A DNA stretch of 64,000 nt from Terrimicrobiaceae bacterium (GCA_041752695.1 JBGSVZ010000062.1:53456-117455), one strand, 5' to 3'. Shown: positions 19,804 to 29,464, counted from the stretch's first letter. Notes: a model not told the origin generated them from the letters alone. Made by a program: numbers and translations.

Positions 19804-21002
19804 AGACCTCGGACTTTCTGGTCATTGGCGGCGGCATCGTTGGAATTTCCGTGGCTCGAGAGTTGAGGCGCCGGTTCGCGGATCAATCCGTCACGGTCCT
19901 CGAAAAAGAACAGGACTGCGGACGGCACGCCAGCGGGCGCAACAGTGGCGTGATCCACGCAGGATTTTATTACACAGCGAACAGCCTGAAGGCGCGCTTC
20001 ACCCGGCAGGGTAATTTGGCCCTTCGGGAATACTGTGCGAGCCGGAACATCCCAGTATTGGCCTGTGGCAAACTCGTCGTGGCCCAGCAGGCCGACGACT
20101 TGCCGCAGCTGGACGAGCTGCTTCGCCGCGGGGCCGCCAATGGCGTGCCCCTGCAAAGCCTGACAGCCGAGGAAGCCACCGCCATCGAGCCGCGGGTTAA
20201 AACGTTCAAGCGGGCCATCTTTTCGCCCACCACGGCCTCGGCAGATCCGCGCAGTGTCATCAGTGCGCTGCGGGCCGATGCCACGGAGGAAGGCGTCGAG
20301 TTTCTCACCGGGTGTGCGTATCTGAAACGCAGGGCCGGTGATGTCCAGACGACAGCCGGAGATTTTTCCTGTGGTCATTTCGTCAATGCCGCCGGGCTTT
20401 ACGCGGACCGGGTCGCGCGGGATTTCGGGTTTTCCCGGCGCTACCGAATCCTGCCCTTCAAGGGCCTGTATCTGTACTCCGACGAACCGGCGGGCGCGCT
20501 GCGGACCAATATTTATCCGGTGCCCGATTTGCGGAATCCTTTCCTCGGGGTGCATTTCACCGTGCGTTCCGATGGACACATCAAGATCGGACCGACGGCC
20601 ATTCCAGCGTTGTGGCGGGAAAACTACGGGGGCTGGGCCAACTTCAAACCGGCGGAACTGCTCGAAGTGCTTTTCCGGGAGGCGGGGTTGATGATTTCCT
20701 CGGATTTTGATTTCAAAAAACTGGCCGTCGAAGAGATCCAAAAAATGTCGCGTCACCGGATGGTGAAGCTGGCCTCGCGTCTGGCTTCGGGAGTGAAGGC
20801 GGCCGATTACCTCAGGTGGGGTGAACCGGGCATCCGGGCACAGCTATTCGACATCGAGACGCGCCGCCTGGTGATGGATTTTCTGATCGAGGGCGACGCG
20901 ACTTCGACGCATGTGCTGAACGCTGTCTCTCCGGGTTGGACGTGTGCCATTCCCTTTGCCAGTTACGTGGTGGACGGGATTGTGGACCGGACAGGCGGTT
21001 GA
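19800..21002 (+). CDS. lhgO: L-2-hydroxyglutarate oxidase-like FAD oxidoreductase
   Basis: IGGGIVG, HASGRNSGVIHAGFYY, IYPVPD..NPFLGVHFT, GIRAQ, HVLNAVSPG. Confidence 0.85.
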   Translation: MKTSDFLVIGGGIVGISVARELRRRFADQSVTVLEKEQDCGRHASGRNSGVIHAGFYYTANSLKARFTRQGNLALREYCASRNIPVLACGKLVVAQQADDLPQLDELLRRGAANGVPLQSLTAEEATAIEPRVKTFKRAIFSPTTASADPRSVISALRADATEEGVEFLTGCAYLKRRAGDVQTTAGDFSCGHFVNAAGLYADRVARDFGFSRRYRILPFKGLYLYSDEPAGALRTNIYPVPDLRNPFLGVHFTVRSDGHIKIGPTAIPALWRENYGGWANFKPAELLEVLFREAGLMISSDFDFKKLAVEEIQKMSRHRMVKLASRLASGVKAADYLRWGEPGIRAQLFDIETRRLVMDFLIEGDATSTHVLNAVSPGWTCAIPFASYVVDGIVDRTGG

Positions 21003-21011
21003 GGAATTGGG

Positions 21012-22598
21012 TCAGGGATTTGGGCTAAGCTGATTGATCGAGCTGAAAGGCGACGGCGTGGTTTTCGCGGGATTCTCCAGAACAAGATAGTTCGCACTTT
21101 TCCAGACGACGGGCCACTTTCCGTCCTGGAGCTTTTTGACGAGTACATCGACGTTGGGTTCTCCAAACGCCCACTTCTGTTCATTATCACCGACTACGGC
21201 ATATTTGGCGTTCTCCAGGGATTCATCGAATAGGAAACGCTCCCGCTTGTTGCCAAAGTCGTAGCCTTGGGTGGGATAGCCATACCAGGTGATGATCTGG
21301 AGGTAATTGGCCGTTCGCGCCTTGAGCAGCCACGCCAGGGTATACCCGCAGGCGACAAAGTCCTGGTCCGTGGTGCGTTCATTGATCCAGCGGGCCACTT
21401 CCTCCACTTCCTCCGTGGATTGTGTCGCCCAATGCTGGGCGCGGGAGAAAATTTTCCCTTCGAACGAGCGCGGCGCTTCGCGCCAGATGGCGAGGACCGG
21501 AAGAATGGCGAGAGAGCCCACGGCCAGTCGCCGCATCGCGGGGTGCAGGGACTTTCTTTTACGCAGCCAGCCGCGTAACCAGATCAAAAGCGACGCCCAG
21601 GCGAGACAGAGCGTCGGCAGAATGACCAGGGCCTGATAATAAAAGAGGGGAAGGTTCTGGCGGTTTTTCACCTGCATGAAGATGACAAAAGCTCCCACCA
21701 AAAGAATGGGGTAGAGGCGACGGCGGGCTGAGACAATCAGGCCTAGAGCGACGGCGGCATGGAACCAGTCCTGCCGCAGGAAGAACCACAAATTGTCCAG
21801 CGCCTTGGCACCCGCCCCATCCGATTCGCCTCGCGAGAAGAAGGTGAATTTCAGAAGGTTGAGATCGTCGAACAACCACTGGCGGTTTTTAAAAAAAGCG
21901 AGAGCGAGCGAGAGACCGATCATCACGCCGGCGGGACCGAGCAGTGGCACCCAGCTCTTCCAGCGTTTTGCCCGGCAGAGCCATCCGGACAGGGCGGCGT
22001 GAAGAAAGAGAGGATGTGCCCCGGCCGCCAATCCCAGGCCGATCCCGGCTTTCAGGTCGGTGTTCAGCCCGGCGGGACGGAGCAAATAAAGGGTCATCAG
22101 CAATATCCCCAAACCCACCAGGTTGTGAGCATAGGTCATCCGGAAGTGGACGACGCTCTGATCGTAAGTAAGAAACATCAGACAGGCAAAGAGACTGGGG
22201 GCCCGACCCAGGGAGCGACGGCCCAAAAAATAGATGGCGAGGGAGCAGGCCCAGGCGAGCAGAACATTGAAGAAACGTGAACCGAGAATATCGCCGCCGG
22301 TGGCCAGTCCAAACAGGCCGGCCAGCAAATGGTAGAAGGGTTGGTACGGGTTGTGCGGATGCCAGAAGGTGCCTTCCAACCCATAGAGAGTCATTTTTCC
22401 ATGGACGAGATCCATGGCCGTTTTGTGGATATTGGTCTCGTCGTTGTACCAGGGAGGGCTGGTTCTGAGATGTGGCAAATAGAGGGCCGCCCAGACCGCG
22501 GTAATGAGGAGAAACGCGAGGAGTGAGGCGTGGCGGCTGCGTTTCAAGTCACGCAGGAACTTGGCAAGCGGTCCCGCAGATGGGCGATTTGCTGGCAT
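21012..22598 (-). CDS. GT-C fold (ArnT/GT39-like) membrane glycosyltransferase
   Basis: PPWYNDE after the first TM helix, SRFFNVLL, multiple TM helices; start taken at MPANRP. Confidence 0.75.
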   Translation of the reverse strand: MPANRPSAGPLAKFLRDLKRSRHASLLAFLLITAVWAALYLPHLRTSPPWYNDETNIHKTAMDLVHGKMTLYGLEGTFWHPHNPYQPFYHLLAGLFGLATGGDILGSRFFNVLLAWACSLAIYFLGRRSLGRAPSLFACLMFLTYDQSVVHFRMTYAHNLVGLGILLMTLYLLRPAGLNTDLKAGIGLGLAAGAHPLFLHAALSGWLCRAKRWKSWVPLLGPAGVMIGLSLALAFFKNRQWLFDDLNLLKFTFFSRGESDGAGAKALDNLWFFLRQDWFHAAVALGLIVSARRRLYPILLVGAFVIFMQVKNRQNLPLFYYQALVILPTLCLAWASLLIWLRGWLRKRKSLHPAMRRLAVGSLAILPVLAIWREAPRSFEGKIFSRAQHWATQSTEEVEEVARWINERTTDQDFVACGYTLAWLLKARTANYLQIITWYGYPTQGYDFGNKRERFLFDESLENAKYAVVGDNEQKWAFGEPNVDVLVKKLQDGKWPVVWKSANYLVLENPAKTTPSPFSSINQLSPNP

Positions 22599-22732
22599 GG
22601 GAGAACCTCCAGTTATCAGAGCACGAACTCCGATCAACCTTGAAAAACGTGCGGTGTCCCAGAAGTTGGCGCTTGGGCGGACAGGTTCGGGGAACATTGA
22701 CACCGTTCCTGAGGCACCCCATATCTTCGCGC

Positions 22733-23551
22733 ATGCGGGGCGTTGTCCTTCTTTTGTTTTTGGCCTTCCTGGGAACCCTGCCCGCGCAAGATCCTGGCGA
22801 AGGCTTTGGGCTGGCGGTTCAGCGCAGTCTGGAGCGTTCGCACGCGCTTTATCCCGACGCTGCGAAGCCGGGGAGTGCCCTGAGCGACGCGATTCTTTGG
22901 CGGATTGACTGGCTGAACCGGAACACACCGGGTTTTTTTTCCGATGCCGACTGGCCGATGAAGATCGCGGTGGCGGAGGCATCGCGGTTGGGATTACGGG
23001 CCCGTCCGGCGTCCGCGCAACGTGCGGCTGCCCAGCCAGTCGAGCGGCGTTATCTGGGGCTGGTGACCAAAAATTTCAACGAGGCGGGAGTCTCTTTTCG
23101 CAAAGGCCAGCAGATCATTCTTGAATCGCTGCGCGACTATAATAAGCGGGGAGTGACTTTGGTAAACGGTCTACCGGTGGTGCTGTGGCTCGACCACATC
23201 AAGCTGGTCCGGGAGATTGTCCCGGGTGAGCCCAACCCGCTATTGGTGAAAATCGTTTCCGCGCGCTACGGTCTGCCGGGCACGAAGGGATATGTGGTTT
23301 CTAGTGCGGTGCAATCCGGTTTGGCGCGCAATGCGGCGGGCTCCGCGGAAGTTTTAGTTTCGGATGCGCTGCTTCCCCCGGCCGCCGCGCTGAGACTCAA
23401 CCGCTCGGCCACGGCGAGGGTGGCGGTTGACCCTGTGACCGGAGAAGCCGTTCCGGTGCTGGCTCCCAAGGTCCTCAGTGTCGTCTACGAGATCGGCGGC
23501 GTGGAGCGAACCCGGCAGGCTCAGGAGGGTGAGGCCCTCGTGCTGGATTGA
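22733..23551 (+). CDS. Hypothetical secreted protein, C-terminal DUF3395/SUEL-lectin-like segment
   Basis: Signal peptide MRGVVLLLFLAFLG; IVSARYG..KVLSVVYEIGG..EGEAL. Confidence 0.65.
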   Translation: MRGVVLLLFLAFLGTLPAQDPGEGFGLAVQRSLERSHALYPDAAKPGSALSDAILWRIDWLNRNTPGFFSDADWPMKIAVAEASRLGLRARPASAQRAAAQPVERRYLGLVTKNFNEAGVSFRKGQQIILESLRDYNKRGVTLVNGLPVVLWLDHIKLVREIVPGEPNPLLVKIVSARYGLPGTKGYVVSSAVQSGLARNAAGSAEVLVSDALLPPAAALRLNRSATARVAVDPVTGEAVPVLAPKVLSVVYEIGGVERTRQAQEGEALVLD

Positions 23552-23598
23552 GTCGGGCTTGCGCTCCTCACCCCGTTCCCGCTAATGGAAGGGCCTGC

Positions 23599-24411
23599 AT
23601 GGCAGATCCCGTCATCGAAGTCCGCGACCTTGTTCGCAAGTTTGGCAATCGCACTGTCCTCAACGGCATCAGTTTCACCGTGGACAAGGGGGACACGATG
23701 ATCATCATGGGAGGTTCGGGGTGCGGGAAGAGCACCCTCCTGCGTCACATCATTGGCTCCCTCAAGCCGACCAGTGGCTCGATCAAGATTTTTGGACGCG
23801 AGACTTCCGACATGTCACAGGACGAGTTTGAGGCGCTGCGCAAACGGTTTGGCATGAATTTCCAATTCGGAGCCCTCCTGCAGTCGCTGACCGTGGGCGA
23901 AAATGTGGCGCTTCCGCTGATCGAAAACAGCAACGTGGATCCCGAGATTGTGGACCTTGTGGTGAAGATGAAACTCGAACTGGTCGGCCTCACGGGTTTC
24001 GAGAATCTCAAACCCGCCGAAATCAGCGGCGGGATGCGCAAGCGTGTGGGCCTGGCCCGGGCGGTGGCCTTGGATCCGGAACTGCTTTTCAGCGACGAAC
24101 CCACTTCAGGGCTCGATCCCATCATGACCGCGGTGATTGACCAACTGACGCATGACCTGACGCGCAAATTACACATGACGGCGGTCGTGGTGACGCATGA
24201 CATGGTGAGCGCTTTCCGCATCGGCACGAAGATGTTGGTTTTGGGTGCCGGTAAAAGGGCGGGGACCATTATTGCCATGGGAACGCCGGAGGAGGTGCGC
24301 AACCACCCGGATCCCGAAGTGCAGCAATTTATCAAGGGCGAGCCCGATGGTCCTGTTCCCTTGAAACTCGCGCCCGAGGATTACATCGAGCGGCTGCTCG
24401 GCCAGGATTGA
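23599..24411 (+). CDS. ABC transporter ATP-binding protein, MlaF/Mkl-type
   Basis: GGSGCGKST, FQFGALLQSLTVGENV, ISGGMRKRVGLARA, DEPTSGLDPI, VVVTHD, VQQFIKGEPDGP. Confidence 0.9.
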   Translation: MADPVIEVRDLVRKFGNRTVLNGISFTVDKGDTMIIMGGSGCGKSTLLRHIIGSLKPTSGSIKIFGRETSDMSQDEFEALRKRFGMNFQFGALLQSLTVGENVALPLIENSNVDPEIVDLVVKMKLELVGLTGFENLKPAEISGGMRKRVGLARAVALDPELLFSDEPTSGLDPIMTAVIDQLTHDLTRKLHMTAVVVTHDMVSAFRIGTKMLVLGAGKRAGTIIAMGTPEEVRNHPDPEVQQFIKGEPDGPVPLKLAPEDYIERLLGQD

Positions 24412-26342
24412 TGCGTGGCTTAGGATTGCGGGCTGGCCTGGCATGGAAGGAGCTTTCCCCGTCCGGCCGCTGGCGATGGGTCCTGGGGGCGCTGGCGATG
24501 GGAATGCTGATCTGGTTGGTGGCGGCGGACAAACCGTGGGACATCAATCCGGGGCCGCGCGTGAAACTTCGCCATCTGGTGGGCATCTATACGTGGTGGG
24601 GCGGCGCGTTTGCGTTTGTGGTGATGGGCGTCCTGGTCGGGCTTTGCCCGTGGTGGAGTGCGCCGCTGCGCGATGAACCTCGAACTCCGGTCTCCGAACT
24701 CCGAACTCCGAAATGGTTCTGGCCGCTGGTCATGGTCGCCATGATTTTGACCGCTGGGTTTTCCTTTCCGCGGCTGGGATTTGGTTTGTGGGATGACGAG
24801 GAACTGTGCGCGCGCGATTCGTTGGTGGGGCGATTTCGGGTGGACGAAAAAAGCGGTGAGCCCCGGTTTGTGCGGCTGAAGTGGGAGGAGACGATCTTTG
24901 GCTACGAAACTCCCAACAATCACGTCCTCCACAGTATCTTGTCCCGGGGGGTTCACCAATTGGTCCTGGCGGCTGGGGGGGGGCGCGCACTGCCTTTCTC
25001 GGAAACGGCGCTGCGGTTGCCAGCTTATGGATTTGGCATCTTGAGTGTCGCCGCCCTGGCCTGGTTTCTCAAGGATGCGGGGTTTGCGGCGGCCGGAGTG
25101 GCGGCGGCGTTTTTGCTGGCCCTTCACCCCTGGCATATCCGGTATGCCAGCGAGGCGCGGGGCTATAGTCTGATTCTTTTCCTAGTTCCAATTCTCCTGG
25201 CCTGTTGGCGGCGCGCCATCACGGGCGGGGATTGGAAATGGTGGGCGGCGTGGGCGTTCGTGCAGTTCGCCTTGCTCTACACCTATCCGGGAATGCTGTT
25301 CCTTCTGGTGGTGCTGAATTTGCTTTCCCTTCCCGCGCTCTGGTTTTCCCGGAAGGCAGCCGGGCCGTTTCTGGCGCAGAGCGGGCGCTGGTTTTTCGTC
25401 AATTCCTGTGTGGCACTGGTGTTGGGGGTATTAATGCTGCCGTTGATTCCTCAGGCGCGGGTCTATTTCGATCTGGAAGCCAGTCGCCAGATCGTCCTGG
25501 GCTGGTCCTGGGTACGAAGCGCGCTTTCCTTCATGCTCGCGGGCGTTCCCTGGGCGGGCGCGGGAGAGCATGTTGCTTTGGGAAATCTTGCCCGCGAGTC
25601 CCCGTGGTTGCTGAAGGGCTTCGTTGTTGGGACCGTGGCCTTGCTCGCCTTGGGGGCCGTGCATTTTGCCCGGTGCGGCTTGGTGCACCTTTTTATCACC
25701 TTGGCGATTCTGGCGACTCCGGTGATGACGTTTCTGCTCTCTCGGGCGCGGGGGATGTTGATTTACGAGTCCTACATCCTCTACGCGCTTCCCGGGTTGA
25801 TTGCCCTCGTGGCGGTGGGGATCCTGCGGCTGTGCCGCGCCTTTCAGAGTGTTCCCGGCGGACGTGTGCTCGGCGTGGTCGCGGGGCTGGGGTGTTTTGC
25901 CGTCTATGGGCTCGCCACGCAAGAGGCCCGGCAGGGAATCGTCTCCCGACCGCTCCAGCAGATTCCCGAATCCGTGCTGGCCTGCCGCCCGGCATTGGAT
26001 TATCGCGATCCCCGTCAGAAGGAAATTCTGACGACCAGCTTCTGCATACCGCCCTACCTTTATGATGCGCATATGATTCGTGCGGATTCGGCAGACGAGC
26101 TCATTGCCCTGCTTTTCCAAGCCGATCGAGAGGGGAAACCCCTTTTCGTCAATATCGGCATGCCTTGGGCGGCGAGGGAGTACAGCCCTCGGATGTGGGC
26201 GATTTTCAACGATGACCGGTTGTTTGGGGAGCGGCGGGAATTCCCGGGTTTTGATGCCGGGCTTAATCGCATCGTCGCCAGGTACAAAGCGGGCACTGCC
26301 GGAAATTTTGACTTCAGTGCCCTGCGCGGGCCAGAACGTTGA
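24411..26342 (+). CDS. GT-C fold membrane glycosyltransferase, paralogue 3
   Basis: ADKPW, WFWPLV, LGFGLWDDEE, PNNHVLHS, HPWHIRYASEARGY; colinear with paralogues 1 and 2. Confidence 0.82.
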   Translation: MRGLGLRAGLAWKELSPSGRWRWVLGALAMGMLIWLVAADKPWDINPGPRVKLRHLVGIYTWWGGAFAFVVMGVLVGLCPWWSAPLRDEPRTPVSELRTPKWFWPLVMVAMILTAGFSFPRLGFGLWDDEELCARDSLVGRFRVDEKSGEPRFVRLKWEETIFGYETPNNHVLHSILSRGVHQLVLAAGGGRALPFSETALRLPAYGFGILSVAALAWFLKDAGFAAAGVAAAFLLALHPWHIRYASEARGYSLILFLVPILLACWRRAITGGDWKWWAAWAFVQFALLYTYPGMLFLLVVLNLLSLPALWFSRKAAGPFLAQSGRWFFVNSCVALVLGVLMLPLIPQARVYFDLEASRQIVLGWSWVRSALSFMLAGVPWAGAGEHVALGNLARESPWLLKGFVVGTVALLALGAVHFARCGLVHLFITLAILATPVMTFLLSRARGMLIYESYILYALPGLIALVAVGILRLCRAFQSVPGGRVLGVVAGLGCFAVYGLATQEARQGIVSRPLQQIPESVLACRPALDYRDPRQKEILTTSFCIPPYLYDAHMIRADSADELIALLFQADREGKPLFVNIGMPWAAREYSPRMWAIFNDDRLFGERREFPGFDAGLNRIVARYKAGTAGNFDFSALRGPER

Positions 26343-26370
26343 GGGCGTGGACGAAGACCGCGTTACCCAG

Positions 26371-26411
26371 AAAAGATACAGGCCGCCGCAACGAATGTTA
26401 CGACGGCCTGT
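26371..26411 (-). terminator. Intrinsic terminator (minus strand)
   Basis: ACAGGCCGTCGTAAC-ATTC-GTTGCGGCGGCCTGT then ATCTTTT; two positions pair as G-U only on the minus strand. Confidence 0.7.
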
Positions 26412-26437
26412 TGTTCCCCCCAGAACAATCTTTCAAT
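26371..26437 (-). ncRNA. Candidate ~67-nt small RNA
   Basis: Minus-strand TTGCGA-16-TAATCT promoter (26471-26444), short hairpin with G-rich loop, then a terminator; no ORF. Confidence 0.35.
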
Positions 26438-26543
26438 GCGGTCAGATTAACTTTTCTAATGCTTTTCGCAACTGAATTTTTAAGGAGATTGATAATTGTT
26501 GCATAAACCAATTGTGATCAATGAGTTGCGACAGAAAAATTTT

Positions 26544-27026
26544 TTAGAAATCTCCCCAATCGACGCGGTGGGAGAGCATTTTATCGCCCTCGAAGACAAA
26601 AAAGCCGCGAAAATTGTGCCCTGCAAGGACGCCAGGCAGCCAGCGGGCATCATCTTCCCACATTTCGTGGTAGGGAATGTCCGCTACCGCTGTCCACAGA
26701 GGGATGGCCTCCGGAGTTTCAATCGCCTCTCCGAGGCAGTCAGGGGACGTAAATACACTGCAGAGCAGGCTATAGCCGTCCAGGAACTGAAAATGCAATT
26801 CGCCCCGGAGGGTGGGGGAGAGGGCTTCCACGCCGAGTTCTTCGCGGGTTTCCCGCACGGCGGCTTCCACGGGAGTCTCGCCGGGTTCCAGGCGGCCGCC
26901 GGGGCCATTGATCTTGCCGGCCCCCAGTCCGCGTTTTTTGCGAATGAGAAGGATCTGGTTGTTGCGAATGACAAACAGCAGCGTCGCCCGTTCTTTTGGT
27001 TCCCACGTGGCCCAATCGATTTCCAT
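26544..27026 (-). CDS. Nudix hydrolase, 8-oxo-dGTP diphosphatase (MTH1-like)
   Basis: KKRGLGAGKINGPGGRLEPGETPVEAAVRETREELG Nudix box; MWEDDARWLP. Confidence 0.9.
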   Translation of the reverse strand: MEIDWATWEPKERATLLFVIRNNQILLIRKKRGLGAGKINGPGGRLEPGETPVEAAVRETREELGVEALSPTLRGELHFQFLDGYSLLCSVFTSPDCLGEAIETPEAIPLWTAVADIPYHEMWEDDARWLPGVLAGHNFRGFFVFEGDKMLSHRVDWGDF

Positions 27027-27128
27027 GAAGGCCGGAGTCTAGACACGACCAACAAAAAGACAAATGCCAGATGTCGGGTTTTCCTTGTCTTTTCGAAGAG
27101 GGAGGAATTTACTCCTTTCAGACGTCCA

Positions 27129-27764
27129 ATGAGCACGTTTTTTGTGCAGAAAGAGGGCCAGAGATGGGGACCGTTCACCACAGAGGAACTTGAGGGGAAA
27201 GTGGGTGAGGGAGTTTTTACCCCCGATGACCTGTTTTGGGAGGAAGGCATGGAAAACTGGCAGCCGCTGAGCGCCGTTTTTAAAACCACCAGCCAGGAGC
27301 AATTCGAGGAACAACAGGAATTCGGGGCCGCTCCGGTTTTTGAGATCGAGGAAACCAACATCCTCTTTGATTCCCCGGAGGCCCGTCTTACCTCTAAAGT
27401 TCTGCACCTTGCCGGAGAGGACATTCCCGTTCACTCGCTGGCCAAAGCCTCTGTGCAGACGGAAAACATTCACCGCACCAAACCCATTGTCGGCAGCGTT
27501 GTCCTCGGTGTGGTGATCATCTGTGTGGCGTTTATCGAAGTCCACCGTCCCCATCTTACCGCCTGGCTCATCTGGGGTGCGATCCTGGTCGGGCTGTTTC
27601 TCTGGTGGCTCCGGGTGTTTTCCGCCGCGATCCGGCCGGCGGCCACCATGTTGATCGTGGACCTTCGCAACGGCGATGAGCGTCTGCTGCGCATGGAGCC
27701 CCTGGAGGCCCGGGAACTGGCGGTCGCGATCGACCAGGCCGTCATCGCGGCGGTCGATTTTTGA
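27129..27764 (+). CDS. GYF_2 (DUF4339) domain membrane protein
   Basis: GQRWGPFTTEEL..DDLFWEEGMENWQPL; two C-terminal TM helices. Confidence 0.8.
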   Translation: MSTFFVQKEGQRWGPFTTEELEGKVGEGVFTPDDLFWEEGMENWQPLSAVFKTTSQEQFEEQQEFGAAPVFEIEETNILFDSPEARLTSKVLHLAGEDIPVHSLAKASVQTENIHRTKPIVGSVVLGVVIICVAFIEVHRPHLTAWLIWGAILVGLFLWWLRVFSAAIRPAATMLIVDLRNGDERLLRMEPLEARELAVAIDQAVIAAVDF

Positions 27765-27849
27765 TCCCGCCCCGACCTACCAATCAGTGCGTGAGCGTGC
27801 GAATGTGATGGCGTGCGGCTTCCTCCCGGGATAAAAGGCGCGGGAAATT

Positions 27850-28641
27850 ATGGAATTGCTTCAAGGCGTTTTTTCATTGGGTGCGGCGGTTGCGGCCACC
27901 ACGGGATCCGGCACAGGGGAATTGGTCGTGGCGTTTTTGACGCTTTCGGTGCTGGAGATTGTTCTTGGCATCGACAACGTCATCTTTATTTCGATTTTGG
28001 CGGGGAAACTCCCCGAGGAACAGCGGGCCAAGGCCCGGTTTATTGGTCTCGCCCTGGCGATGATCACCCGTCTGCTGCTGCTCCTTTCCATCGCCTGGAT
28101 GGCCAAACTCACCGCTCCGCTGTTCTCGGTGTTCGCCCATCCCTTCAGTGGCCGGGATCTCATTTTGATCATTGGCGGTATATTCCTCGTTTGGAAAAGC
28201 ACCCACGAAATCCACCATAAGCTGGAGGGCGCGGAGGAAGCGCATGGCACCGGGAAGGCTCGGGCAACGTTCTCTTCGATCATCATCCAGATCATCCTGC
28301 TCGATATTGTGTTCTCCCTGGACTCCGTCATCACGGCCGTCGGGATGGTCAGCAATATTCCCGTCATGATGGCCGCCGTGATCGTCGCGGTGATTTTTAT
28401 GATGTTTTTCGCCGGCCCGATCAGCGGGTTTGTGGAGCGCCACCCGACCGTCAAGATGCTCGCGCTCAGCTTCCTCTTGCTCATCGGTGTGACCCTGATT
28501 GCCGACGGCTTCGGCCAGCACATCTCCAAGGGGTATATTTACTTTGCGATGGGCTTTTCCGTGTTTGTGGAGTTTCTGAACATCCGCATGCACAAAAAAG
28601 CGCCCGAGCCGGTCAAGTTGCACTCCGGAGCCCCGCTGTGA
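27850..28641 (+). CDS. TerC family membrane protein
   Basis: LEIVLGIDNVIFISIL, DIVFSLDSVITAVGM, KGYIYFAMGFS. Confidence 0.95.
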   Translation: MELLQGVFSLGAAVAATTGSGTGELVVAFLTLSVLEIVLGIDNVIFISILAGKLPEEQRAKARFIGLALAMITRLLLLLSIAWMAKLTAPLFSVFAHPFSGRDLILIIGGIFLVWKSTHEIHHKLEGAEEAHGTGKARATFSSIIIQIILLDIVFSLDSVITAVGMVSNIPVMMAAVIVAVIFMMFFAGPISGFVERHPTVKMLALSFLLLIGVTLIADGFGQHISKGYIYFAMGFSVFVEFLNIRMHKKAPEPVKLHSGAPL

Positions 28642-28642
28642 C

Positions 28643-29464
28643 ATGACGCTCGAGCTCCGCGATGTGGGCGAGCCGGGAGAAAGTCTCGGCGAGGTCGTCC
28701 TCAGCTTCGCTGAAGCCCTTGGCGCGGATATCGCAGATCTCCCCTCCGACCCCACGACGCGGATTCACGATATCCGCGTCGGAACAAAAAAACTTCGGGC
28801 CCTCCTGCGCCTCGCTGGCGATGTCGTCGGACCGGAAGAACGGGCGGCCATCGCGACCGAACTGCGGGAAATCCGGCAGGTTTTTTCGGGCTCCCGCGAT
28901 GAGGAGGTGATGCGCCATCGGCTTGGCGAGATCCTTTGCGATGAAGCACCCGCAGCTCTGGCGGCCTTGGGACTTGACGCAGAGTCCTCGTCGCCCTTGC
29001 CCGCGATTGCGCTTTCCCGCGAACTGGCCGCTGAACTCCGGGCCCGTTTTCTGGCGGTGGATTTTTCGTCGGTTACTTCCGAGGTTCTCAGTCACCAGGC
29101 GGCGCATTCCTACCGCCGGGCGCGCAAAGAAATGGTGCGCTGCCGGAGCGCGGAGCGCGACGACGTGCTGATGCATGAGTGGCGCAAACGCACCAAGGAC
29201 GTCTGTTACCACGCGCTCTGCCTCTCGAGTCTGGAACCCATGCGGAAGCTGGCGCAACCCCTGGATGCCCTCGCGGAATTGCTGGGGGAATATCATGACC
29301 TGGCCCTGCTGACGGAACGTTCTTCCGGGCACCAGGCAATCAGGGCGGCGGTAGACAAGCGCAAGCGAAAGGTGGCACGCGAATGTTTTCGGGCGGCGAA
29401 AAAAATCTTCCACCGAAAACCTTCCACTCTCCAAAAAAAATTGGCCGCCCGGTTCGCTGAATGA
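28643..29464 (+). CDS. CHAD domain protein
   Basis: IHDIRVGTKKLRALLRL, MHEWRKRTK, LGEYHDL. Confidence 0.88.
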   Translation: MTLELRDVGEPGESLGEVVLSFAEALGADIADLPSDPTTRIHDIRVGTKKLRALLRLAGDVVGPEERAAIATELREIRQVFSGSRDEEVMRHRLGEILCDEAPAALAALGLDAESSSPLPAIALSRELAAELRARFLAVDFSSVTSEVLSHQAAHSYRRARKEMVRCRSAERDDVLMHEWRKRTKDVCYHALCLSSLEPMRKLAQPLDALAELLGEYHDLALLTERSSGHQAIRAAVDKRKRKVARECFRAAKKIFHRKPSTLQKKLAARFAE

